NCBI GenBank assembly: GCA_046116545.1
Contig: CP175956.1
Coordinates: forward strand, 641,734-705,733
Reading direction: 5' to 3'
Source of the DNA: Candidatus Moraniibacteriota bacterium
Lineage (GTDB): Bacteria > Patescibacteriota > Minisyncoccia > Moranbacterales > GCA-2747515
Length of the DNA: 64,000 nucleotides
In this document: one piece after another, positions 1-9,059 of the stretch
How positions within the stretch are numbered: position 1 is the stretch's first letter
Layout of the letters: each line of letters opens with the position of its first letter
Notes under the pieces: generated by a model
The model's input: the letters and a program-made list of their open reading frames with translations, nothing else
What the model was told of the DNA's origin: nothing
The model's database searches: none
Program-made: the position numbers and the translations under genes

Positions 1-58
1 CATAGCATTTATATTCTGGATCAGCTTAATTATTGGAGTAGTCGTATTTTGGCCATTC

Positions 59-463
59 TTGCCGCATATGCCAATAGTTTTAAATTTTTTCTTACGAGAG
101 TATGAATTTGAGTGTAATATTTTGCGCGTGTTGGACATGGCAAGATTTGACACAAAAAGAAAGGATGGTTGGATGGCTCCACTTGAAATTTTGTATGCCG
201 TTGAAAAAATGTCTGGCAGGCAGCCAAGTGTAAGTGCTATTTATGTCACCTTGGGAAAATTGAGGAGAGAGGGTGCTGTTACAAGTAAGAAAGTTCCAGC
301 GGAATACTTAAAGAAGCCTCCAAAAAGAGCTAAAGTCAGCGGTGTCAGCTTGGCCTTCAAATTGGAAAATAATTCTAATTATAAACCTCGCAAGCCAAAG
401 TGGTTGCCAAAAGAGCAAAAGAAAGAAAGTAAGGGCGTGGTTGGCGGAGTTACAGCGCATTAA
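59..463 (+). CDS. hypothetical basic protein, possible winged-helix DNA-binding fold
   Basis: ORF of 134 aa; VTLGKLRREGAV-like segment and lysine-rich tail; start may be the internal M at 145; no family recognised. Confidence 0.3.
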   Translation: MPHMPIVLNFFLREYEFECNILRVLDMARFDTKRKDGWMAPLEILYAVEKMSGRQPSVSAIYVTLGKLRREGAVTSKKVPAEYLKKPPKRAKVSGVSLAFKLENNSNYKPRKPKWLPKEQKKESKGVVGGVTAH

Positions 464-490
464 TTTTTTTAAAGAGATTGGAAGAACTAT

Positions 491-600
491 TCCAGTCTCT
501 TTTTATTTGTCAAAATTTGTTGGCCCTATGGGATGAGGTTCGAACGGTTTTAAATTCAGTTTTGTAGTAGTATTCAAGACGTTTACTTGACAACTATACT
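491..600 (+). repeat. intergenic repeat module copy A (core 517-545 GTTGGCCCTATGGGATGAGGTTCGAAC plus conserved flanks)
   Basis: Near-identical to 1408-1515 and reverse complement of 47980-48090; 24-nt core shared with three further minus-strand copies; weak -35 TTGACA at 587-592. Confidence 0.85.
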
Positions 601-750
601 AAAATATAATAAGATTAAAAATCAAAATAGTTCCTTAAATTTAATGAAGTAGGAGTAAAAATGTAAATATTGTAATAACTCCAGATACATAATATGTAAA
701 GTCCAAATTTTAATGGATAAAAATCAATCAATATACAGGAGGAACATCTA

Positions 751-1335
751 ATGAAAAGACAGTTGACTGAGAAAGAAAAGAAGGTCATCAAAGGCTACAA
801 CCTTTCACCTCAAATTGAGCAAATAGTTTGGGATACTTGGAGCGAAGGCGAAAAACCAGCTGAAATGGGTTTTGTAAAAAAAATGGTTGGACAGCTCATC
901 GGGTTAGGTATCGTCTTTGGTAGTTCCGTGGCACTTTGGGTGAATTACCTCATGCCTGGAATTACCCAAATGCATGGCGTGTTGAATATAGTACGATTCT
1001 TTTTCTGGATAGTTCTTCCGTTAGTTGTGCTAATTTGTATTGTTCAGGTAGTCACGATCAACAAAAATGAGAAAGAGGCATTCAAAAAGTTCGCACTGGA
1101 TAGTTGGCAACAAAAAAGAACCATCATCCACAAAATTAGCAAAATAAATCAAGCTGCTTTGGTAATCGGTTTTATTCTTAATGGTTATTTTGTTTCAGCT
1201 ATGATGACTCTCGTTTGTTTTTTGGCTATATCTTTCATCAAAATTGGTATCAGATCAGATGTTCAAAAAATTATGGACAAAGTTGTCCCGCCGCAAAACG
1301 ACGATATCATCGAAGCGGAATACAGTTCAGTGTAG
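751..1335 (+). CDS. hypothetical integral membrane protein
   Basis: 194 aa, several hydrophobic helices; RBS AGGAGG 8 nt upstream; flanked on both sides by the repeat module. Confidence 0.5.
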   Translation: MKRQLTEKEKKVIKGYNLSPQIEQIVWDTWSEGEKPAEMGFVKKMVGQLIGLGIVFGSSVALWVNYLMPGITQMHGVLNIVRFFFWIVLPLVVLICIVQVVTINKNEKEAFKKFALDSWQQKRTIIHKISKINQAALVIGFILNGYFVSAMMTLVCFLAISFIKIGIRSDVQKIMDKVVPPQNDDIIEAEYSSV

Positions 1336-1407
1336 TAAAAAACTATACGCTCAAAAAGAGCAAATGCCCATTATCTTTTTTTCAGGATAATGGGCTTTTT
1401 TTAATTG

Positions 1408-1515
1408 ACAGATTGATTTTTAATTTGCAAAAATTAGTTGGCCCTATGAGATTAGGTTCGAACGCTTTTAAATTCAGTTTTGAAGTAGAATTTAAGGTTA
1501 TTAGATTGACATTTA
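1408..1515 (+). repeat. intergenic repeat module copy B with embedded promoter-like TTGACA(1506-1511)-17-TAAAGT
   Basis: Aligns along about 110 nt with copies A and C; core at 1434-1463. Confidence 0.85.
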
Positions 1516-1579
1516 GGATGAAATATGATAAAGTTACGTGTCCAAAATGTTTTTTAATTTAATGAAATAGGAGGTAACA

Positions 1580-1897
1580 ATGCAAATACTACAGTGGTTG
1601 CAAATACAAATGTCATTTTTGCAAACGGAATGGTTTTCTGTTGTATATGGATTGGTTGTATTTCTGAATCCATTTGCGATGGTGCCACAATTGATTTCTT
1701 CAGTTCGTGCAAAGCCTGAAGAATTACGGGGTGTTTCCGTAACAATGCTCATTTTGTTTTTAGTAATACAGATAGCTGTTGCACTGGGGGCGATAAAAAA
1801 TGTTGACATGGCCCTTTTTGCATCAATGTCAATAAGTACTGTAGTAACATTTACAGTTATTGTTATTACGATATTTAGACGTAATTTGAAGATGTGA
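1580..1897 (+). CDS. small 3-TM membrane protein, PQ-loop/SemiSWEET-like
   Basis: 105 aa; FAMVPQLISSVRAKPEEL PQ-motif in first helix; size and topology typical of SemiSWEET; RBS GGAGGT upstream. Confidence 0.45.
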   Translation: MQILQWLQIQMSFLQTEWFSVVYGLVVFLNPFAMVPQLISSVRAKPEELRGVSVTMLILFLVIQIAVALGAIKNVDMALFASMSISTVVTFTVIVITIFRRNLKM

Positions 1898-1957
1898 GTG
1901 TTATCTTTTATGTACATTCACAAAATATTAAAATCAGTAAAACGTTTGGAGAAAAAT

Positions 1958-2281
1958 ATGAAAAAACTCATGTTTTTAGTTTGTGCTTTTATGTTTATGG
2001 CAAGTAACTCTTTCGCAATGGAAGCGGGTACGGTACGCATAACAAAGCGAGGTGAAGTCGGTCAATCCACTCAGTTGAGAAATGAAATTGCTACACAGCA
2101 ATATAAAACTTCTCTTACTGAACAGGGTATAACAGGACAGCAACAAGATCATGTTGTGAGACAATGGCAAAAATATCACAATATTTCAACGCCACCTGCG
2201 CAACATCAGCCCAGTAGTAGTGCAGAAATCGGTCAATCTGCCTGGAATCGTTCTAGACAAATGAGAGATCAACAGAATTAA
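1958..2281 (+). CDS. small secreted Gln-rich protein (signal peptide)
   Basis: MKKLMFLVCAFMFMASNSFA signal-like N-terminus; start chosen inside ORF 1898-2281; terminator hairpin at 2316-2350. Confidence 0.4.
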   Translation: MKKLMFLVCAFMFMASNSFAMEAGTVRITKRGEVGQSTQLRNEIATQQYKTSLTEQGITGQQQDHVVRQWQKYHNISTPPAQHQPSSSAEIGQSAWNRSRQMRDQQN

Positions 2282-2315
2282 CAATGCAATAATTTTGCAT
2301 CTGCGGATTCTATAA

Positions 2316-2352
2316 GACAACGAGTGAATTTACTCGTTGTCTTTTTAAATTA
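2316..2352 (+). terminator. rho-independent terminator
   Basis: agacaacgagtgaatttactcgttgtct followed by ttttaaatt. Confidence 0.7.
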
Positions 2353-2593
2353 TCTTTTGCGCAATTACAACATTCTTGGTATTCTTTAGGTAGATAACTT
2401 AGTGTCTATACTTGATTGTAGTAGGGCTTTTCGCAACATTGTCAATACCAATGATATAGCTTATAGCTGATAAAAATAATCATTTCAGATTTTTCAACTC
2501 AGTTGTCGGAGAGTTGTTCAGGTTTAGTTTTTGGCATATCACCAGAAATCATGTCGGTAATGTTAGTCGGTTTAAATTTTAATTGAAAATAAA

Positions 2594-4030
2594 ATGGAAA
2601 TTATTATCAATAGGCAATATGGTAAATTAATTGCAAACCCAAGTACGAAAATAAAGTTCGATAATGTGGGCTATTATTCTGTTGTAGGTTTAAATAATAG
2701 TGGTAAGTCTTCTTTTTTACAATTCATATGTACTATTAAAGGCAATGTATTTTATTTGCCGGTAGAAAGATTGACTTTTGAGCAAAGTAGAAATGCACAA
2801 ATTGTAGATCTTAATCGGTGGATGCCTACTGTAAGAGCACAGATGCGAGGTGGACCAGTTAGTAGTACTCAATTTTTGCATGAAAGCGGAGAAATGGGTA
2901 CTCAGCTTAAAAATTTGATGCAGGCTATGTGGGATGAATTGGGTGATAGAGAAATGATTCGTGGTCAAGTTGCAAAAGATTGCAAAAGTTTACTGGAATC
3001 TGAGCCAGATACTCAAGGAAAAATTATTCAACTAATTGACCAAGATGAGGAGTCTCTTCCTTTTGCTCAGTTTGGATCTGGTTTTCGGGCATTATTACCA
3101 ATAATAATGGCTGTTAATTTAGATACTTATCCTGTGATATTAATTGATGAACCTGAACTTTCACTTGAGCCACGACTTCAAAAAAAAATAAAGAATTATT
3201 TGATAAGGAAGGCTCAAGAAAATAATAAATTAATTATTGTTGCTACACACTCTCATATTTTTCTTAATAAAAAAATTGTGCATATAGTTGGCCCAGAGGA
3301 GGTTAATAATGAAGATTCCTATATTGCAGAGAATATTATAGATATAGATGATAGGGGAGTAGTAACACAAGGTACACTAAAAGAAGATTTACCTGGATTA
3401 GTGTTTAATATGTTAGGTTCAAGTCCTTCAGATATTTTATTGCCAGACTCTATTATTATATGTGAAGGCTCAAGTGATCAAGTTTTTTTAGAAAAAATAC
3501 TTAATCTTAAAAACATTGATAATGTGGGAGTACATTTTGCAAGTGGTTTAGAAAAAATTCCATTAGCAGCTGAAGCAATTAAGCAAATGCTTAAGCCGGT
3601 TGGTGGGTACATGGAGATATATAAGCCAGTAATTTGTGCTTTATTTGATCGACCACAGTCAGACAAAAGAATCTTTATAGATAAAGTAGAGGAGCATATT
3701 GAATCAGATAATGATGGCAGGGTTGTGGTATTGGATAATAATGATTATACAGAACTTGAGTTTTGTTATCCTAAAGATTTAGTTATGAGATTGTGTGGTT
3801 CAGATTTTGATATCAAAAAATGGCTTGAAGATTGGAAGACGGCAAACAATAGGGAGCGGAATGAAGTATCTGTTAATGCAGGAAGTTTGGGTGAAGTAAC
3901 AAAGAGAAAATTTGCTCAAAAAGTATCAGATGAATTAACTAAAGAGCATTTGGAGAAAGCGAATGATGGTTTACAACAAATTATTTTATTGGTTGAGAAA
4001 GCAGAGTCTGTGCAAGAATTTTGGTCTTAG
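2594..4030 (+). CDS. OLD-family ATP-dependent endonuclease (ABC-type ATPase + Toprim), class 1-like
   Basis: Walker A GLNNSGKSS, signature-like FGSGFRALL, Walker B VILIDEPELSLEP, H-loop ATHSH; C-terminal Toprim-like IIICEGSSDQ and VVLDNND. Confidence 0.7.
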   Translation: MEIIINRQYGKLIANPSTKIKFDNVGYYSVVGLNNSGKSSFLQFICTIKGNVFYLPVERLTFEQSRNAQIVDLNRWMPTVRAQMRGGPVSSTQFLHESGEMGTQLKNLMQAMWDELGDREMIRGQVAKDCKSLLESEPDTQGKIIQLIDQDEESLPFAQFGSGFRALLPIIMAVNLDTYPVILIDEPELSLEPRLQKKIKNYLIRKAQENNKLIIVATHSHIFLNKKIVHIVGPEEVNNEDSYIAENIIDIDDRGVVTQGTLKEDLPGLVFNMLGSSPSDILLPDSIIICEGSSDQVFLEKILNLKNIDNVGVHFASGLEKIPLAAEAIKQMLKPVGGYMEIYKPVICALFDRPQSDKRIFIDKVEEHIESDNDGRVVVLDNNDYTELEFCYPKDLVMRLCGSDFDIKKWLEDWKTANNRERNEVSVNAGSLGEVTKRKFAQKVSDELTKEHLEKANDGLQQIILLVEKAESVQEFWS

Positions 4031-4093
4031 AGGACTTAATTATCAGATGGGATAATACAAATAGAATAATAATTAGAAAATAATTATAAAAAT

Positions 4094-4426
4094 ATGAGCG
4101 AATTACCAAAATGTATTAAATGCGGATCTGAGTTTACTTATCTTGATGTGAGTTTGTATGTTTGTCCTGAGTGTGGTCATGAGTGGTCTGGTGATGACGG
4201 GGAGATTGAAGATGAAAGTGTCAAAGATAGTAATGGCAATGTCTTGGTTGATGGTGATACGATTACTGTTATCAAAGATTTGAAAGTAAAAGGCACATCT
4301 CTGGTTGTGAAGGTTGGGACTAAGGTTAAGAATATTCGTCTGGTAGACGGTGATCATGATATTGATTGCAAGATAGATGGGATTGGTCCGATGAAACTGA
4401 AATCTGAGTTTGTGAAGAAGTTGTAA
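4094..4426 (+). CDS. phnA: PhnA/YjdC family zinc-ribbon protein
   Basis: CxxC...CxxC ribbon then [25 protein letters not shown]...[34 protein letters not shown], near-identical in pattern to E. coli YjdC. Confidence 0.85.
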   Translation: MSELPKCIKCGSEFTYLDVSLYVCPECGHEWSGDDGEIEDESVKDSNGNVLVDGDTITVIKDLKVKGTSLVVKVGTKVKNIRLVDGDHDIDCKIDGIGPMKLKSEFVKKL

Positions 4427-4456
4427 AAGGGGGCAGGTTCTTGTTGTATTTTTTGA

Positions 4457-4485
4457 GATTGCTTCGTCGTACCTCCTCGCAAAGA
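4457..4485 (+). repeat. 29-nt exact dispersed repeat gattgcttcgtcgtacctcctcgcaaaga (second copy 62208-62236)
   Basis: Identical 29-mer at two distant intergenic sites. Confidence 0.8.
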
Positions 4486-4557
4486 TAGGTGAAAAATGTA
4501 TTTTACGGGATGACAGGCTTTTTATATTGTTGTTTTTAAAATTTTGCATAATCTTCT

Positions 4558-4584
4558 AGATTCCCGCCTACGCGGGAATGACAA
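4558..4584 (+). repeat. 5'-proximal hairpin element AGATTCCCGC-ctac-GCGGGAATGACAA (family copy 1)
   Basis: 8-bp stem, 4-nt loop, followed by GAATGACAA; 42 nt upstream of the 4626 start; related copies at 47258-47284 and 61964-61990 on the minus strand. Confidence 0.7.
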
Positions 4585-4625
4585 CAGTGTGACAATAAGT
4601 GATTTTGTAATGTTATAATGAAAAT

Positions 4626-5327
4626 ATGCATAGGTTATATGATGAGTTAAAGCAATATTCTTTAGATGATGCTATAGATTTTGAAAAGTCTGATAGGCAG
4701 TTTTTAGCTTTGGAGAAGTTGCATGATAATAAGTTATTTGATGATGTGAATTATTTATTTTTAACTATTGCTAATGCGTTGGTGTGTTACCAGTTGTCAG
4801 GGAAGGGTGAAGATTATTGGGAAGAGTTTGGTGTGGCATTGGAGGGTCAGAGGATTGATGATTTTTCTGATATAGAGATGTTTTTTGAAGATTTTTTACC
4901 AGCATCAAAAAATAATAAAAGATTTGTAAATATAAAATTAAAGAGAATCCAGAAATTAGAGAAGTTTTATAATGAGTTTTTGCAAAATGCTGAAATTTAT
5001 TATGCAGACATGAACAAATTAGTTCATGATTTGTCTAATATCATGAATCAAAAATCAGATGCAAAAACTATTGTTTTTTCTATAAAAATGTTCTCTTATT
5101 CTGCTAGAAATGTTTTTGGGTATTTAGAATATTTTCCTAAAGATATGATGATCCCAATTGATAGCAGATTAGAAAATTTATATAAAAAATATAATACTGA
5201 TATTGATCATATATCAAAAAAAGATATTCAAGAGTTCTATATGAATTTAGCTAAAAAATTAAATATCCAGCCTTTACATTTAGACTCTATCTTATGGGTG
5301 AATTATGATGAATTAATGAATGTATAA
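4626..5327 (+). CDS. putative N-glycosylase/DNA lyase (archaeal-type 8-oxoguanine glycosylase AGOG-like)
   Basis: 233 aa helical protein; resemblance to AGOG/HhH-GPD-like proteins is by overall pattern only. Confidence 0.35.
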   Translation: MHRLYDELKQYSLDDAIDFEKSDRQFLALEKLHDNKLFDDVNYLFLTIANALVCYQLSGKGEDYWEEFGVALEGQRIDDFSDIEMFFEDFLPASKNNKRFVNIKLKRIQKLEKFYNEFLQNAEIYYADMNKLVHDLSNIMNQKSDAKTIVFSIKMFSYSARNVFGYLEYFPKDMMIPIDSRLENLYKKYNTDIDHISKKDIQEFYMNLAKKLNIQPLHLDSILWVNYDELMNV

Positions 5328-5421
5328 ATCATTCTGTTTGTGTTGGACCTCTTGTAAAATACTATGGTAGTATATAGGTATAAAGATACAATTATTATGC
5401 AATAGGGTAGATAATAAATTT

Positions 5422-6216
5422 ATGAAAAAAATCATAGTTGGTATTTTGGCTTTGCTATTAGTCATATATATTGGTGGTTTTTTCTTTTCCTCTTGGGCAC
5501 AAGAATTATTGATTTATCCTAGTCCAAATCGTACCAATGAAAATTGTGAAAGAAAAATTGCAGAAAAAACAGTTGAGCATAATGAAACTACTTTATATCA
5601 TCAGTCTGTAGAGAATGCTGATGAAGTAATAGTTTTTTATCATGGTAATGGAAATATTGTTTGTGATATGGTTTTTGTGGCAGATATTTTTAATGAAAAT
5701 GATATATCATATATTTTCCCAGAGTATACTGGATATAGTGATGATGGTAATAAATCTACACATGAAGGCGTGTTAAAAAACGTACAAGATACAGCTGATT
5801 ATATTGAACAGCAAGATTATGAGCATGTTTATGTGATTGGACAGAGTATTGGGACAGGTGCAGCAGCGTATCATACAACTTTACAAGAAGTTGAGAAACT
5901 CCTTTTGATTTCTCCATTTACTACACTTACAGATGTTATTTATGAAATGGTCCCGTTGTATCCACGGATATTTATTGAAAACTTTTTTGTTGATTTATTT
6001 AATAATAAGTTGAGGTTACAAGATTATAAGGGTGATTTATTAATTATTCATGGTACAAATGATTTAGTTATAGATATTTCTCAAGGATTGGAATTGTTTG
6101 AGTCGACTTCAGCAAGACAAAAGGAATTTCTATCAGCTGAGGGCTTTGGACATGCAAATATTGTTGAGTCAGATGAGATAATAAAAGTCATTAATGATAT
6201 AAGTCAGCAAGAATAA
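5422..6216 (+). CDS. membrane-anchored alpha/beta hydrolase
   Basis: N-terminal TM; HGNGN oxyanion region; GQSIG nucleophile elbow (GxSxG); catalytic His near the C-terminus. Confidence 0.65.
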   Translation: MKKIIVGILALLLVIYIGGFFFSSWAQELLIYPSPNRTNENCERKIAEKTVEHNETTLYHQSVENADEVIVFYHGNGNIVCDMVFVADIFNENDISYIFPEYTGYSDDGNKSTHEGVLKNVQDTADYIEQQDYEHVYVIGQSIGTGAAAYHTTLQEVEKLLLISPFTTLTDVIYEMVPLYPRIFIENFFVDLFNNKLRLQDYKGDLLIIHGTNDLVIDISQGLELFESTSARQKEFLSAEGFGHANIVESDEIIKVINDISQQE

Positions 6217-6278
6217 TTAAGTTGACAATAGACGGTAGATAGCTGATATTTAATAGAGTATTAATTTATAGAATAATT

Positions 6279-7946
6279 ATGAAAAAAATATTTAATAAAG
6301 TTAGTAATTGGGTTGTTGCATATTGGAATAAATTTAATCATGTAGGATTATTTATTGCAATTATTTTTACAGCATATTCACTTACGCCGTCACTTCTCCC
6401 ACGTAGTCCTCTTTTTCAAGGACTTCTTTCTGGTGTTGTATTTGCTATTGGGTATGGCATTGGTTGTTTCATCGTGTATATGTGGCACTATTTGGAATTA
6501 CCAGCATTAAAAAAAGAATGGAGAAAAAATACACATATTGCATTTGCCGTAATTGCTATTGGTGCTATTGTGTATACAAATAGTAATTGGGTTAAATGGC
6601 AAAATTCAATTCTTGAGGTGATGAATCAAGATCTAATATCTACTAATTTTGTGCTAGTCTCAGTTATTCTCATTGGCGGCATTGTGGCAATGATTTTAAT
6701 TGCTATTGGGCGACTTATTTCAAAGGGATTTCATTTTATAATGAAGAAATTTCATCATGTGATACCAAAACGTATTTCACGGTTCATTGGTTTTGTGGTA
6801 GCACTATTTCTTTTTTGGGGAATTGTAAATGGTATATTAATTCAAAATATTTATAATGTTGTTGATACAGTTTCTGCACATATAAATAAATTAACAGATG
6901 ATGGTATAGAGCAACCTACTGACCCAAATAAAACCGGAGGAACGGAATCACTTATAGCATGGGATACTCTTGGGAAAATGGGTCGCAGTTTTGTTGCTAG
7001 TGGACCAACTGCGCAAGATATCAAAGAATTTACAGGTAAAGAAGCACTTGAGCCGATACGTATTTTTGTAGGTATGGAATCTAGAAAGACAGTACAAGAA
7101 CGTGCTGAACTTGCCTTAGAAGAATTAAAGAGAGTAAACGCATTTGATCGAGAAATCCTTGTAATTACTACACCAACTGGAACAGGCTGGATGGATCCTT
7201 ATTCTATGGATACATTGGAATATATACATAATGGAGATACGGCTAATGTTGGAATACAGTATTCATATTTATCAAGTCAGGCAACATTGGTTTTTCATCC
7301 AAAACGAGCTAGTGAAACATCAGAGGCAATGTTTAGTGCTATTTATAATCATTGGAAAACACTTCCAAAAGACAAACGTCCAAAAGTATATTTATTTGGT
7401 GTTAGTTTAGGTTCTTTTGGAGGTGAAAAATCAACAAAGTTACATAAGATTATGCAGGATCCTATCAATGGTGCTTTGTGGGCAGGACCTCCTTTTGTGA
7501 ATGATTTACATAAAGACTTAGTGATTAATAGGAATACAGGGTCGCCATCATGGTTGCCAACATATGAAGATGGTTCATTTGTACGATTTACTTCAAAAGA
7601 AAGTGCATTAGATAATTATAAAAAAGATTGGGGTGATATGCGCATAATATATTTGCAGCATGCAAGTGATCCAATGACAGCTTTTTCGCCAGATTTATTG
7701 TTCAAGAGTCCAGCATGGCTAGAGGGCGAGCGTGGACCAGATGTGTCCCCAATGCTTAATTGGCATCCAATGGTTACTTTTTTTCAAGTAGCATTTGATC
7801 TTATTGTATCAGTATCGGCAGCACCACTTGGGCATGGACATAATTTTTCACCAGAAAGCTATATAGATGGATGGATTGAGATTTCAGATCCAGCTAATTG
7901 GACTGATGACATGACAGTACGACTCAAAGAACTTTTCCTAAAATAA
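6279..7946 (+). CDS. polytopic membrane protein with C-terminal alpha/beta-hydrolase-like domain (Abhydrolase_9-like)
   Basis: Four or more N-terminal TM helices; GVSLGSFGG GxSxG motif; architecture resembles the membrane-bound alpha/beta hydrolase family. Confidence 0.5.
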   Translation: MKKIFNKVSNWVVAYWNKFNHVGLFIAIIFTAYSLTPSLLPRSPLFQGLLSGVVFAIGYGIGCFIVYMWHYLELPALKKEWRKNTHIAFAVIAIGAIVYTNSNWVKWQNSILEVMNQDLISTNFVLVSVILIGGIVAMILIAIGRLISKGFHFIMKKFHHVIPKRISRFIGFVVALFLFWGIVNGILIQNIYNVVDTVSAHINKLTDDGIEQPTDPNKTGGTESLIAWDTLGKMGRSFVASGPTAQDIKEFTGKEALEPIRIFVGMESRKTVQERAELALEELKRVNAFDREILVITTPTGTGWMDPYSMDTLEYIHNGDTANVGIQYSYLSSQATLVFHPKRASETSEAMFSAIYNHWKTLPKDKRPKVYLFGVSLGSFGGEKSTKLHKIMQDPINGALWAGPPFVNDLHKDLVINRNTGSPSWLPTYEDGSFVRFTSKESALDNYKKDWGDMRIIYLQHASDPMTAFSPDLLFKSPAWLEGERGPDVSPMLNWHPMVTFFQVAFDLIVSVSAAPLGHGHNFSPESYIDGWIEISDPANWTDDMTVRLKELFLK

Positions 7947-7953
7947 ATTTAGA

Positions 7954-8214
7954 ATGAATTATTTTGTTTATATTTTGCACTGTTCTGATGATACGTTGTA
8001 TACAGGTATTACGACTGATGTAAGTAGGCGATTGGAAGAGCATAATGGCAAAGTTAAAGGTGCAAAATATACTAAAATGCGCCAACCTGTAAAATTGGTT
8101 TACTCTGCTGAGTTTTTGAATCGGTCTACTGCTAGTATTGAAGAATGTAGGATTAAAAAATTATCTCGTAAGCAAAAAGAATTGTTAATCAATCATAGTG
8201 CATGTATAATTTAA
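7954..8214 (+). CDS. GIY-YIG nuclease domain protein (UPF0213/YhbQ-like)
   Basis: FVYILHCSDDTLYTGITTDVSRRLEEHN matches the GIY-YIG signature. Confidence 0.8.
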   Translation: MNYFVYILHCSDDTLYTGITTDVSRRLEEHNGKVKGAKYTKMRQPVKLVYSAEFLNRSTASIEECRIKKLSRKQKELLINHSACII

Positions 8215-8286
8215 AATAGAGAAATAAACAAAAACTTAAAGTATAAAACCTAGGTAATAAAATTATCATTGAAGATTAGAAATAAT

Positions 8287-8604
8287 ATGATTGAAGTATT
8301 TAGAGCAAAAATTATTGAAGATGAAAAGGAGCGTGAAGCAGCTCTTGAAGTCATTGCAGAACGTGAGAACTATTATGTAGAGCTTTTTGCTAATGATGCA
8401 AGAAAACCAAGGATAACTGTAAAATACGAAGGTGCAAGTCCACTTACAGTACGTATTTTATTTTCTCCGCCTAGTGGTAAAACGGTAGTTGTTAATGAAA
8501 GTGGCTATGGGACTGCTGATTCTGTTACAAAACATGCATTCAAAAAACTTCGTCGTCTAGCAAAAAATCATTTTGTAAAAATGAAAAAACGTCATGGTAG
8601 ATAA
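8287..8604 (+). CDS. hypothetical protein, possibly ribosome hibernation factor-like
   Basis: Start moved to MIEVFRAK; C-terminal GYGTADSVTKHAFKKLRRLAKNHFVKMKKRH loosely resembles HPF/RaiA C-terminal helix; weak. Confidence 0.3.
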   Translation: MIEVFRAKIIEDEKEREAALEVIAERENYYVELFANDARKPRITVKYEGASPLTVRILFSPPSGKTVVVNESGYGTADSVTKHAFKKLRRLAKNHFVKMKKRHGR

Positions 8605-8648
8605 GTGTGTGGTATGATTAAAGTGTAATTACATTAAACAAAAAATAT

Positions 8649-8912
8649 ATGGGATTTTTTAGCAAGGTGACTGATGATGCAGTCGATAAGGCTGCTGACG
8701 CAGCAAAAGATGTAGCAGAAGATAAGATAGATGATACAGTAGAAGCAACTGGAATGGAAGATAATGCAATGGTAGAAGGAGTTGCTGATAAAGCAACAGA
8801 AATGAGTGGTGATGGCGTGGACGCGGCTGCTGACAAAGTAAAAGATATACTTGGAGGTGGCGAAGAGGGTGATACACACACTTGTGAAGGTGACACTTGT
8901 TCTCATGAATAA
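8649..8912 (+). CDS. small acidic CsbD-like/antitoxin-like stress protein
   Basis: 87 aa; repeated KAADAAKDVAEDK motifs typical of CsbD-like proteins. Confidence 0.4.
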   Translation: MGFFSKVTDDAVDKAADAAKDVAEDKIDDTVEATGMEDNAMVEGVADKATEMSGDGVDAAADKVKDILGGGEEGDTHTCEGDTCSHE

Positions 8913-9059
8913 TTGTTGAAATACAAATGAAAAAGGATACAAAATAAATTTTTGTATCCTTTTTATTTTTTTACTCACTTAGTAAAATTTCTTAGATTAT
9001 AAATAAAGAAAGCATAAATTAATGACAAATTCTTATTTTTGTGCTTAAATAGATGAGAT

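Noticed and set aside
342-536. ORFs 342-536 and 1215-1562 from the six-frame track
   Set aside because: They arise from read-through of the intergenic repeat element (both contain the VGPM peptide encoded by GTTGGCCCTATG) and overlap better-supported genes.
517-545. Repeat core read as a tRNA fragment, because GAGGTTCGAAC resembles a T-arm with TTCGAAC loop
   Set aside because: No complementary 3' T-stem strand (CCTC) follows the loop in any of the six copies and there is no acceptor-stem or CCA context, so it is not a tRNA or tRNA remnant.
8618-8978. Overlapping minus-strand ORFs 8618-8896, 8634-8978 and 8659-8877
   Set aside because: They are antisense low-complexity frames of the CsbD-like gene region, with no RBS or coding pattern.
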